Source: Neoconidiobolus thromboides FSU 785
Lineage: Eukaryota; Fungi; Entomophthoromycota
Length of the DNA stretch: 37,877 nt
Reading direction: 5' to 3'
Assembly (NCBI GenBank): GCA_025603075.1
Contig: MU626445.1
Coordinates: 1 to 37,877 of the forward strand
Under the pieces are notes generated by a model, which was given only the letters and a program-made list of their open reading frames with translations, was not told where the DNA came from and made no database searches. Made by a program: the position numbers and the translations under genes. Shown in pieces: positions 1 to 10,396 of the stretch (position 1 is the stretch's first letter; every line of letters starts with the position of its first letter).

Positions 1-630
1 CTTTAGCCTTAGGATCCTCTGTTCGTGTAGGCAACCTTTTAGGATCTAGTTTATTATTCAAAGCTAGACTAAATGCCAGGGTAGTATTACTATTGGCTGT
101 AGTACTTGGACTTTTCTTCAATTTTATATTATTTTATTTCCGTGCCAATTTCATTCAGTTCTTTTCAAGAGATGAGCAAGTGTATTTAATTGCTGATAAA
201 ATACTAGCTGTTGTGTCATTTGGATTGGTAATATAATTGTATATATAATTTGGGAATCTTTAATCAATTAATTATTTAGACTTTTTATTCTATTGCTACT
301 TTATCTGGAGCAATATTGAGAGGTCAAGGAAAACAAAGTATTGGTGCTTTTTTCAAATTAAGTGGATGTTATCTTGTTTCTATCCCACTTGGATGGTACC
401 TGGCTATTAAGTTTGAGCTTGGTTTGCTAGGTTTATGGGTAGGCGTAGTTGTATCTTGGATTTACTGTGCTATTGGTGAAGCATATTATGTTTTAACTAC
501 AGATTGGAGAGAAGAGATTAGGCTATGTCATTCTCGTATCCCTGATGCTGAAATCCCAGCACTAAATAATGATTTTGATCCTTTAACCAATTATGGTACT
601 ATTCCTAGTGATCCTGCTGTTGTTGTATAA
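1..630 (+). CDS. MATE-family (multidrug and toxic compound extrusion) transporter, 3' part; exons <1-227 and 280-630
   Basis: Frame from nt 3 reads LALGSSVRVGNLLGS...(MATE SVRVGNxLG motif). GT..AG intron at 228-279, then TFYSIATLSGAILRGQGKQSIGA...YLVSIPLG...GLLGLWVG (MATE C-terminal motifs), stop at 628-630. Confidence 0.9.
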
Positions 631-824
631 TTTTTTGCTAATAAATTATTTGTATTAAAGTTGAAAATTAAAATAATGTCTTTTTATCTGTTACTAATAA
701 AAATACTTAATCTTTTAAACTTTCAAGGGATTTTTTTTAAAAAGTTGAAGCTTAGTATATTAAGCAGGTGGGGTGATATTTTTTGCCAATTGTCCTTTGT
801 TATTTTTAAAAAATTTAATTAATC

Positions 825-854
825 AGTACACTATTCAAGCTTAAATAGTGTACT
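825..854. repeat. 30-bp near-perfect DNA palindrome
   Basis: AGTACACTATT-C-AAGCTT-A-AATAGTGTACT has one mismatch. It is flanked by imperfect direct repeats TGTTATTTTTAAAAAATTTAAT (~798-819) and TGTTCATTTTAAAAAATTAAAT (~865-886). Confidence 0.75.
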
Positions 855-1639
855 ACTGACTAACTGTTCATTTTAAAAAATTAAATCAATAAGTCTCAAA
901 TCACCATGATAGAACAAATAGCTGACTAAAATTCGTTATTTGTTGACACACATTCAAATTTAAATAGTTATATTAGTTAATTTCAAAGTCTTAAAAAATA
1001 GCAAAAGGCAATAAGTAGAAAACATTCCTAGGTTCATAACAAGTTGACTTTTTTGCTGTTGAAGTGTATAAATACAACAGTAAAGTATAGCATTGTTTTT
1101 TATTTTTGGATGATAAATTACATTTGATAAAAAATAAATTGGATGGGTATTCTAAAATCCTTCAAAAAATTGATTTTGTGTGAATTTTCAAAGACACTAA
1201 CCGTAATACTACAATTTAATGAAACCCCTGGACTTTGACCCCAATCTAATCTTAGCATCAATTTTAGTTAACATGTTCAATTGAAAAACACGACTTCAAT
1301 ACAATATGAAAATTTATAGTTTTTTAATTTACAAAAGTCAATCTCTCATTGAAAATAACTTTTTGCCAGCACTCTAATATTATAGCCTAGAACTTTATCA
1401 AAATTTCATACTAAAAATAATTAAAAAATCATAATAAAGATACAATTTGATTTATACCTCAGTGTTTCTTTAAAGATAATAATATAGTCGACTAATGCTT
1501 AACATTTTGTTTAATTTGGTGAAATATCAAATAGCATTGTGTTGTAACGTAAAGGCCTTTAATCATTTTACATAAATGGATTAAATTCATGATTAGTGAA
1601 CTTCCCAGTCTTTTCGTTGCACCAAAGTTTTTTTCCTGA

Positions 1640-2560
1640 TAAGATCACGTTTTTCTCAATATCATATCAAACAAGTCATAAGCCATTGAAGTTTTACTAT
1701 CACAGCCTGATGTAGTTGAGCGGTTCTTTATTAAATTTACAACATCTTCAGGAATTCTATCGTTATTAACAACAGGGAGCTAAATAACTTCAGTTTGGCA
1801 TCAATTATCTCCCTTTAATTTATAACCAGTATAAACCATTCTACAATATTGATATTTTGGTTTAAAATAAAGAAAGCAATATCACCTTTGCTTAAAGAGT
1901 GGCCAGAAGACCTCAACACTTCTTTTTCAATACTGACTTGCTTTCTTCATAGCCAGCTTCCACTGAAAATCCTTTAATTTCAAAACTTGCCTTAAAACTG
2001 AATGTCTCAACATTGGATCTAATTTCAACAGTACCGCTCTCATAGGATATTAGTGTGAAATACCGCTTTGCCAGCCCCATGGCTAATCATAGCATAATAA
2101 TCGCCTGAGCTGTTGTGTTCTCGAGCTTAGAGACAATCAATTCCACGCTATTAGTTTGATTTGCTATGAGAATTTCTAGCTTCATCTTTAATAATATTAT
2201 CTTCTCATTTTGGTATTTGTACTTGTAGAGTATAAAAGAGATTCTAGAACATAGTAGCTCGAGGCTTTCTAACTGAATTATTCACTGATATATCAAACAT
2301 CTAATAAAGCCACTAAGTTTGGTTGATAGTGTTTTACATAGATTCTAGATTGCTATTGTCTATTCTATTTGCCTTACATAGTCCATACACTATTAAGTGC
2401 TATTCTTCATAACTCAAGTCTATCTTAGTCACATAAACTAAGACCTTTCGACCTACAGTGTAGTCAACCAGGCAATAGTTGTTTTTGATTTCAATTACTG
2501 AAGTACCATATTTCACAGTATCTATATAAATACATCTGATAAAAAAGCCTGTTTATTGTA
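1640..2560 (-). pseudogene. Decayed ORF, possibly an aerolysin/ETX-MTX2-like beta-pore-forming protein
   Basis: The minus-strand translation is a long protein-like run broken by stops and a few frameshifts: ...YYAMISHGAGKAVFHTNI / SGTVEIRSNVETFSFKASFEIKGFSVEAGYEESKS / SKGDIAFFI / KPKYQYCRMVYTG...LPVVNNDRIPEDVVNLIK. It has a strictly alternating amphipathic beta-hairpin at ~1940-2002. Confidence 0.35.
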
Positions 2561-2615
2561 AGAAAACCCAAGAGAGGATACATTATGTTATTTAATTAAA
2601 ATAACATAAATATAT

Positions 2616-2714
2616 GGGGATGTTTTTTTTGGCTTCATCACTTTTTCTATCTTTTAAGCGCTATTTGAGTGAAAAAATTATTAGTAAAATTCTTAAACAC
2701 AAAAATACATCCCC
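2616..2714 (-). mobile_element. MITE copy 1 (GGGGATGT..ACATCCCC family), ATAT TSD
   Basis: TIRs GGGGATGTTTTTTT and AAAAATACATCCCC; ATAT at 2612-2615 and 2715-2718; internal sequence matches the other copies. Confidence 0.9.
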
Positions 2715-2766
2715 ATATGATACCACGATTTTTAGGATTAAGCTGTTAGGTAATATTTGTTTATAT

Positions 2767-2862
2767 AGGGATGGATTTTTGTGTTTAACTTTGGTAATAA
2801 TTTTTTCACTTAAATAGCGCTTAAAAGATAGAAAAAGTGATGAAGCCAAAAAAAACATCTCC
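2767..2862 (+). mobile_element. MITE copy 2, inverted relative to copy 1
   Basis: AGGGATGGATTTTT...AAAAAAACATCTCC flanked by ATAT (2763-2766, 2863-2866); near-identical to the reverse complement of copy 1. Confidence 0.9.
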
Positions 2863-3260
2863 ATATAATCTTGTTAGCTTTTTCATACTTAAAAAGCTGT
2901 CTTATATTTTAAGATTAATTAAATAAGTTAATTTGAAATATTTTACAAGAAACTTACATTAAAATCTTAATATTTGATTTCGACTTAGTTTATTAAATCT
3001 TTTGTAAAAAAATTAAACCTTAATATCATCCAATATTTTACTTTTTCATTCAAGTGAATAAATAAAACTTGTATTTGATAATTTATTGTAAAATTTTAAC
3101 CGTATTTAAGTATATCAACCTAGCCTTAACTATGGTTATGAGCATAGTCTCTTATATATGACTAGAGTTATTGACTTAATGGCTTCGAATCTTACGAAGT
3201 ATCAAATCACCATTTCAATATTATTTATTATAACTTTAATAGTAATAAAAATAATAATAT

Positions 3261-3351
3261 GGGGATGTATTTTTGTGTTTAAGAATTTTACCAGTAGTCT
3301 TTCCACTCAAATAGTGCTTAAAAATGGAAAAAGTAATTAAAAAACATCCCC
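3261..3351 (+). mobile_element. MITE copy 3
   Basis: GGGGATGTATTTTTGTGTTTAAGAATTTT...CCACTCAAATAGTGCTTAAAAATGGAAAAAG...AAAAACATCCCC; flanks ATAT/ATAA. Confidence 0.88.
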
Positions 3352-3548
3352 ATAATTAAAAACTATAGTCTGTTTTTTTAATAACTCAATATCTAAAATG
3401 CATGTAGTTTTTAAAAAATTTACAAATAAATTCATGGTACTAATAGTCTAATTTTATTTATTTACTATTTTGTATTATATTAATTTTATAAAACTTGGTG
3501 CAGACATGTGCCTTCAAAAAAATTAATGATAAAGTTTAAAATGATGCT

Positions 3549-4976
3549 TTATCTGGTATTAGTATTGTTACTCCAAGTATGAGAACTAGGATGAGTTAAA
3601 TCGTCATCAAAACCTGGTAGCATTGTTTCAGTATCTAATGTAAAATTAGCTTCTTTAATCTCTCCTGGATCTGTTGAGGTCCAAACGTTTCCTTCTAGAA
3701 GTGCTGGTGGGCCCAATTCCTCTTTGGTAATTGACACGTTGTCATTATTCACTATTTTTGACTTTTTTTTTAAAAGATACCATATTAAAGCTATAATAAA
3801 TAATAAAGCCAATGCACCACCTACAGATCCACCTATTATAGCAGTTAAATTCGGACTTCCCCTATTAAGATCATTTCCAGAATTTTGAGCGTTGGCTGGT
3901 AATGATTGTACAAGCTTCCATTCATTTCCATTCATATTTATAATTTGTGACTTAGACAAAAGATACCCAGTATGATAACCAAAAGTATAAATTAGATGAT
4001 CATTGTAGTAAGTAAGGGAGCCTAAATAAGCATTGAAAAAGCTACCCACTTTATATCCTTTATAAATTAGCGCTGAGTCCTTTAGCTCCAACGTATAAAT
4101 AGAAGATGAAGGAAATGAATCATAAGTATTATCAAGACTACCTCCTGCAATAATCATTTTGCTACCAACTAATGTAGAGGAATGTCCAAATCGTGGCTCA
4201 GGTATATCGCCTTTTGCAGTCATAATGCCCCAAGAATTAGATGGATAATCGTATATCATTATTTCATCCATTTTTTTTATTTCTCTAGTATAAGGGTTGC
4301 TACCGCCTACAACATATAGCTTACTATCATATACAGCTGCGACATGATCAGCAACATAGTCAGGTCCATCCTTTAACTTTCTCCATGTACCATCTACTGC
4401 ATTTAGTAATGATAGGCTTTTTCTACCATTTATTGATGTCTTATTCGAACTCTTGGTTGCTCCACCAAAATGAAAGTATAAATTTTTATTTTTGCTATCT
4501 TGAGTTAAAGATGATGAATAATAAGCGTATTTTATATCCTCATCAGTTACTGATTTATTGGATGCTGGAAAGGTATCTACTGCTACTTGATTTGATTCCC
4601 ATTTGTTTTTTAATAAATTGAATTTTTCAAAAATATCTTCCTTCGGCCTGTTTTTACCTCCTATTACAAATAAACTAGCATTATTATTATTAATAACTAC
4701 ACTTGTAAAGTCTGATATTGGTCCCTGATCATTAGATGCAACTTGCCATGGAGCATTATTGTTGTCATCCAAACTAAACCCATCTTTGAGCTTCAAAGAA
4801 TAGACTTTCAGGTTATTGTCATTTTTAGTATGTGTACCATCTGGATCAATGATACCTCCAGCATAATATAATACATCGTTATATACCCCACAACCTCCAG
4901 CATACAGTCTTGGTGCGTTTGCAGCAAAAATAATTGAATTGGATTGAATGATTAGTAGAGTTAATATTAAAATCAT
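3549..4976 (-). CDS. Kelch/galactose-oxidase-like beta-propeller, single-pass membrane protein (paralog A), 475 aa, intronless
   Basis: Signal peptide, Kelch GG repeats (YYAGG, LFVIGG, YFHFGG, LYVVGG, PEPRFGHSSTLVGSKMIIAGG), TM helix AIIGGSVGGALALLFIIALIWYLL followed by KKKSK, and a short cytoplasmic tail. Confidence 0.9.
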   Translation of the reverse strand: MILILTLLIIQSNSIIFAANAPRLYAGGCGVYNDVLYYAGGIIDPDGTHTKNDNNLKVYSLKLKDGFSLDDNNNAPWQVASNDQGPISDFTSVVINNNNASLFVIGGKNRPKEDIFEKFNLLKNKWESNQVAVDTFPASNKSVTDEDIKYAYYSSSLTQDSKNKNLYFHFGGATKSSNKTSINGRKSLSLLNAVDGTWRKLKDGPDYVADHVAAVYDSKLYVVGGSNPYTREIKKMDEIMIYDYPSNSWGIMTAKGDIPEPRFGHSSTLVGSKMIIAGGSLDNTYDSFPSSSIYTLELKDSALIYKGYKVGSFFNAYLGSLTYYNDHLIYTFGYHTGYLLSKSQIINMNGNEWKLVQSLPANAQNSGNDLNRGSPNLTAIIGGSVGGALALLFIIALIWYLLKKKSKIVNNDNVSITKEELGPPALLEGNVWTSTDPGEIKEANFTLDTETMLPGFDDDLTHPSSHTWSNNTNTR

Positions 4977-5796
4977 TGATTTTTTTAAAAAGAGCTATAA
5001 TTTTTCAATTATTTGTTGCTTCTGTTGGTTTTTTATATTACTTTTGAACGATTATTAGTTATAAACACTCCTTAAAGCTTTTAGTCCATTTCCTATTTAG
5101 GCATAGATTTGTCACAATCTAGATCAATTTAAATTTTCTAAGCTTACTAGCTAGAAAGTAATATTTTGAAAGCTTTGCTATTAATGGTGTTTTTAGTATA
5201 CTTCTTTGGTATCTTTGATAAGTTTCTACTTTTATGTTGCTTCATAGTGATATCATATATCATTTAATGTATTGATATATTATTGTATTATTAATTCGAA
5301 AAAATTCATTATTACACCAATTTTGTAAAACGGTATCTATATTTGATTAGCATAGCCCCTTGTTCAATAGTTGATGTTTCTAAAACACCATTTAAACTAA
5401 CTATATTAGTAAAATCTATGGTTTAAAATACAACACTCTCAAGCTTTTTGGTAATTTTACTCTTAACACAGTTATAAGCAAAATTTAATAACTTATAACG
5501 ATGAAAAGTGTAATATTATACCATGTAATAGATAACGCTGATGCACAGTATATTTACTCAAACATCTAAAGTTGCAAAATGTTTTTCATTTCTGAAAATT
5601 TCCTTTTATTTTTTAATGTATAGGGTTCACGTTTCAGACTCTGCTTTTTCATGCTCTTCAAATAACTGAATTTTTAATGAAGTTGATAAAGATATCAATT
5701 TATTTTTAAATTATATTAATAAAAGATTATAGAAGTATATTATCCATTTATTTAAAAGTCAATGTATAATTAATCATGAAATTTCATAAAATAATA

Positions 5797-7479
5797 TCAT
5801 TCCACTTTGGCTTTAAGTGGACTTGAAATAATTTTTTTTACCATTTTAAGTAAAAAGGTAGAAACAAAACTGAATAGCTTAAAAATCATAAAAACGAACA
5901 GTATACAAAATATCAAATTAAAAGTATAGATATCCAGCCCATTAGCAACGAAATAATTGAGCTCATTATAGACAGGTGTGAGATGTTCCATCTCACACGG
6001 CGCGCTATTTTTAGTTGAATCATAAGGCTCAATCTTTCTACAAATCTGACTAAACTTTATATGTTCAATAGCAATATCTGCAGCAGCTTGAATCTTTCTT
6101 TCACTATTCTCTATTAATACTTTATATTTCCTAAAATTGAGCGCAATTTTTTCGCCATCCTTTTCTAACAAAACTTTTATTTTCGTCATAATATTTTCTA
6201 AATTTAACTCATCTGCGTTTAAATATTGACCTATCCCCATCCTTTCTATTTTCTTAGCATTTCTAGGTTGGTCACCAGAAAAAGGCATACATAGTATTGG
6301 GGTTGAAGTAGCTATCGCTTCAAATAAGCTCTCGATTCCACCATGGGTCAAAAATAACTTAACATTCTCATGATTTAATATTGAATATTGAGGTAACCAA
6401 TTTGAAATCCTAATATTAGGATGCTTATTATTAAAGAATGGCTTTGTTTCAATAACTTTATCTGAGTTAGGGATTCGAATCTCTTTTGGTAAGTTAGTAA
6501 TATCTGACTTCCCTATACTCCAAATAACCCCATCAATTATTTTACTTTCAATAGCAAATAACATGTATTCCAAAATGGACACTATCGTTTTAGGTCCTAG
6601 TTTAACAATACTTCCAAAAGCTATAAAAATAATTCTTTGATTCTGGTCTGTAAATTCTTTCAACTCGTCATCTAACTCCGATTTGGGTAATTTTGATAGA
6701 GGTCCTACCACTTTAATATTGGGAGGCACACTGACCGGGATTTCAAATCCAAAAAAGGAGTTGGCTAAACCTAAACCATACTGGAGATCACCAAAATAAA
6801 CATTACTTTTAACTTGAAACTCTTCACGTACTTTTGATAACTCGTTTTTGACCTTTACAAAATAAAATGCTCCTTTAACTGGTTGAATAAATTTATAGTA
6901 ATATCTTTGTTTAAAACTCATATTTTTTATATCTAATGGTCCATACTCTCGAATGTTTACTTTATAGCTTGCTAATAAAGTTACTATATTATCTAAACTT
7001 TGATAATATACAATCAATGGAATACCATTGGTTCTAGCAGCATCCTGACATGCATGAGCAACGAAGTCACACATGACTAAATTATAACTTTTTTCTTTTA
7101 ACAGTTGATTTAATTGGGGATAATTCAATCTGTAAGCTTTACTTAAAAGCTTGGGTAGCACTCTTAACGTCTCTTTGAAATTCCATTGAATATCGATTTC
7201 TTTAGCTCCATCGCTTATAAATTTGAACGAGTTAATTATTTCAACATCACCCTCTAATGGATGATAGCTTATATTATATTCTTTTGTATATCTTTCATGG
7301 GATTTTTGAGATGCAAATACCACTTTATGCCCAAGTCCACTTAGGTAATCGCCTACTTCAAATATTCCTTTTACGTGAGATCTTGTGCCAACGTCATTAT
7401 TAATTAATATTTTATAATTTGGTTTATTTGCTTCAGTATTAAAAATGAGAAACAATAGCAGCAATAAATTGAAAAACAT
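5797..7479 (-). CDS. UDP-glycosyltransferase (GT1; UDP-glucuronosyl/glucosyltransferase-like), 560 aa from the first ATG, intronless
   Basis: UGT signature WLPQYSILNHENVKLFLTHGGIESLFEAIATSTPILCMPFSGDQPRNA, FIAFGS motif, N-terminal GTRSH (catalytic His), signal peptide, C-terminal TM helix and terminal KAKVE. ATG at 7477-7479; the track's 7488 start is a TTG. Confidence 0.93.
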   Translation of the reverse strand: MFFNLLLLLFLIFNTEANKPNYKILINNDVGTRSHVKGIFEVGDYLSGLGHKVVFASQKSHERYTKEYNISYHPLEGDVEIINSFKFISDGAKEIDIQWNFKETLRVLPKLLSKAYRLNYPQLNQLLKEKSYNLVMCDFVAHACQDAARTNGIPLIVYYQSLDNIVTLLASYKVNIREYGPLDIKNMSFKQRYYYKFIQPVKGAFYFVKVKNELSKVREEFQVKSNVYFGDLQYGLGLANSFFGFEIPVSVPPNIKVVGPLSKLPKSELDDELKEFTDQNQRIIFIAFGSIVKLGPKTIVSILEYMLFAIESKIIDGVIWSIGKSDITNLPKEIRIPNSDKVIETKPFFNNKHPNIRISNWLPQYSILNHENVKLFLTHGGIESLFEAIATSTPILCMPFSGDQPRNAKKIERMGIGQYLNADELNLENIMTKIKVLLEKDGEKIALNFRKYKVLIENSERKIQAAADIAIEHIKFSQICRKIEPYDSTKNSAPCEMEHLTPVYNELNYFVANGLDIYTFNLIFCILFVFMIFKLFSFVSTFLLKMVKKIISSPLKAKVE

Positions 7480-7749
7480 TTTTTTCAAGTTGAATTAGTT
7501 AAACACAAAGGACCTTGAAAATATCAAGTTCAAATTTATGCTTTATACTTTATTAGGTTTTAGTCATCTAATTCTAAAATTTTAATTATTCTTACCAATA
7601 ATATAACTTTAAAAACAATTTGTATTTAACTTCAGTAACACGAGCATTAATATTTAAAAGCTATGATTAAGAAAAAACCAAACAAATAATTAAATTAAAT
7701 ATAACACACGTAGTGTATCTTTTGTAATTTGTAAGTTAGAATTAGAATT

Positions 7750-8951
7750 TTATTTAGTTAATTCCCACACATATATACACCCATCTGTACATCCTGTATA
7801 TAAAGTAAGCGAATCTTTAGACAAAGTAAATGATAGCATTTCATTTTCTTCCTCTGCGTTTTCAACCTGGGGTGGTTTAAGTTCATGGATTATCTCCTTT
7901 GTTCCTAAATCGTATATTGTAAGTTTACTAGCTGAAAGTATATATACCCATGAGTTATTGGAATCAATTTTGAGATTTTTTACATGCTCATTAACATCAA
8001 CAAACTGCAAATATTTTAATAACTTAAGATCCCAAAACAATACCATACCATCACGTGCTCCAGAAATACATAAACTACCATCAGAAGATATGTCTAAGCA
8101 TTCTATAAAAGAACCATGTCCAATTAGCTCATCGCTTTTTGATGAATCATTGATATTAGTAATCTAGTAAAATGAGCAAAATGTAACAAATATGTAATAA
8201 ATAACATACCGTAACTTTTTTATCCCAAGAACTAAATATGACTTGGTTTTCATTGACTGGATTAAATCTTATACAAGTAATCCAATGGGATGGGGAAGAG
8301 ACCGAAAAATTGGTGGAGTTTTCACCAGTCGGTTTGAAAAATTTGATGCTATTATCACGTCCCCCAGAAATTAAATAGTTTTTTTTGGGAATGAAACGAA
8401 CTGTAAGAACATCCTGGAATTAAATTAATAATTGATCAAGTTACTTTTTTAATAAACTTACATTTTCATGCTCTTTAAAGCGACTTTCTTCTTCTAAAGT
8501 TTCAAGGTTCCAGATAATAACGCTAGAATCTAAAAAAGTTATTACGTCATATTGTAATGTTTTTCATATAATTACCCCAAGCAGCTGAAGCAGCTAATTT
8601 CTCGTTTTCAGATATGTCAATTTCTCCGACAAAGAAGTCATGACTTTAGTGGAATTATTAAATAATATTAAATAATCATAATCAAATTACCCAGTGAAAT
8701 TTTTGATAAGTTTAGCTTCGTCTAAATCCCAAAGTTTAACAGTTTGATCTTTAAGATATAAATTAACATGTTCAGCATATTTTCTAAAATAAATACCTCT
8801 TGATCCAGAAATGATCCTGTTTGAGTTTTTAAATAAGGCTAACGTTGTAACTGGGCCTTCGTGACCTAAGTTCTAAATGAATATCTACTACCCTTTAATT
8901 GAATATTCTTCTACCTTCTAGTTTTGCTTTTTGAGTGAATGTAATCGCCAT
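7750..8951 (-). CDS. RACK1: Divergent RACK1/Asc1-like 7-bladed WD40 protein, 305 aa; exons 8915-8951, 8797-8865, 8691-8748, 8576-8643, 8462-8529, 8210-8413, 7750-8163
   Basis: The spliced product (918 nt, frame-consistent) aligns blade by blade to RACK1: LEGHEGPV, SGSRDQTVKLW, TGHDFFV..AAWDSSV, HENDVLTV..SGGRDNSIK, HWITCIRFNP..SWDKKV, IGHGSFI..SSDGSLCISGARDG, DLGTKEIIHELKP..SKDSLTLYTGCTDGCIYVW. Confidence 0.85.
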
Positions 8952-10396
8952 TTTGTCCTTATTATAATTGAATAGCTTTAAAAATATAACTAAAAACAAA
9001 TAGCTTCTTTTCTTTTATATTTAGTAAATAGTTCGCAGCTGATATTAAGGGAACATTTGGCTTCTAATTTTGTCATATTATAGTGGACAGATAATATAGT
9101 TAATGTTTATTGGTTGATTTGATATTGTGATTCGTAAAGGCATTTTTTAGCGTACTTATTTATAGCTTAACGATTATACTGAGTCTATATTGATATATTA
9201 AAAGTCGCTGTATTAAAACTATTGCAAAAATGCTTTATGATATTATACATGTTGGGTTTATTTATACCATTTGAACATTCTCCAAATATCTAGATTTAAT
9301 ATTTTAACCTTATAAAATTTTATAGTTGGAGTACTATTTGATGACTTAATTATTTTTAAAAACTACGTATTCCAAATAACAAATTATCATTTAATATTAT
9401 CACAATGATGTTTCTTCTGTAACTTCATTAATTTTTTACAAAACAAATTTCATAAATATTAAAGCACAGTAATATACCAAATAAAACTTAACAATTTGTA
9501 AAGTAGCATAACCATATCAATTACTTATTTATAGTGCAAAGATTTTAAGGATTTAGAGACCAACTAATGGGATTTGTTAGTAAATTGAAATATTTGTAAA
9601 GAACCTGGAAAAAAAATAGTAAAAACATTTATAGTTTAAATTTAAATCTCCATAAAATTAATTTCACTAAAATTCCTTATTAAGGTTCCATCTCTTATTT
9701 AGAAATTTAAAAAAATAGTTTGTTATACGTTATTTAAAAAATGTTTCATTTGTAGTCTATAATACCATTCAATCCTACAATCAACCATCAACTAGTAAAG
9801 CAAGCAGCTCATTCAATAATTTATATTATTATAAGGTTTTAATTTCAACAAATCTTTATTAAAAAATATTAATCTAAAATTTGCTACTTTTACAACTATT
9901 GTAGCTCTTTTGCGACTTGACTAACTACTCATTTAAGAGAAAAAGTTATGCTAAACCCCTGTGCCAAAGGCAAAAGATTACGCTTAATAAAAAAATTGGT
10001 GATATAAAAATATAATAAAATCATCACTGAAAAAATCTTAAAAGAGTTAAAATAGCTATGTATGAAAGCCGATTTTCTAAACTAATAAATTAATAATTCC
10101 ATCTCTGCGGTTTAAAATAGCCAGATCTATAACAATAAAAATGTTACTTTCCTATTTAAACCAATAATAGTACATAAAATTAAAATAGGATAGTGAACAG
10201 TCATTGTAGAGATAAAGATTAAAATGGTTTATTTCAAAATCAAGTTACCAATTTGGTGCAATTCACAGCAGTTCAACGATTGGTTCTAAGTGTAAGGAAT
10301 GAAATTAAGGCTATTTAATTGGTTAATTAGTTCAATTCTTTGATAAGCGAAGAAATTAGCTTTCGAATAATTACTTTTTTTCATAGTGAAATTAGA

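Noticed and set aside
2614-2864. Overlapping ORFs 2614-2817 (+) and 2661-2864 (-) with near-identical N-termini
   Set aside because: Artefact of the two inverted MITE copies; the ATG comes from TSD+TIR (ATATGGGG).
3158-3340. 60-aa ORF
   Set aside because: Runs through MITE copy 3; low-complexity AT-rich translation with no family features.
4385-4621. Antisense or shadow ORFs (also 7958-8167, 11696-11890, 23041-23538, 27655-27867, 28510-28866, 30852-31058)
   Set aside because: They lie opposite well-supported genes and have no independent motifs.
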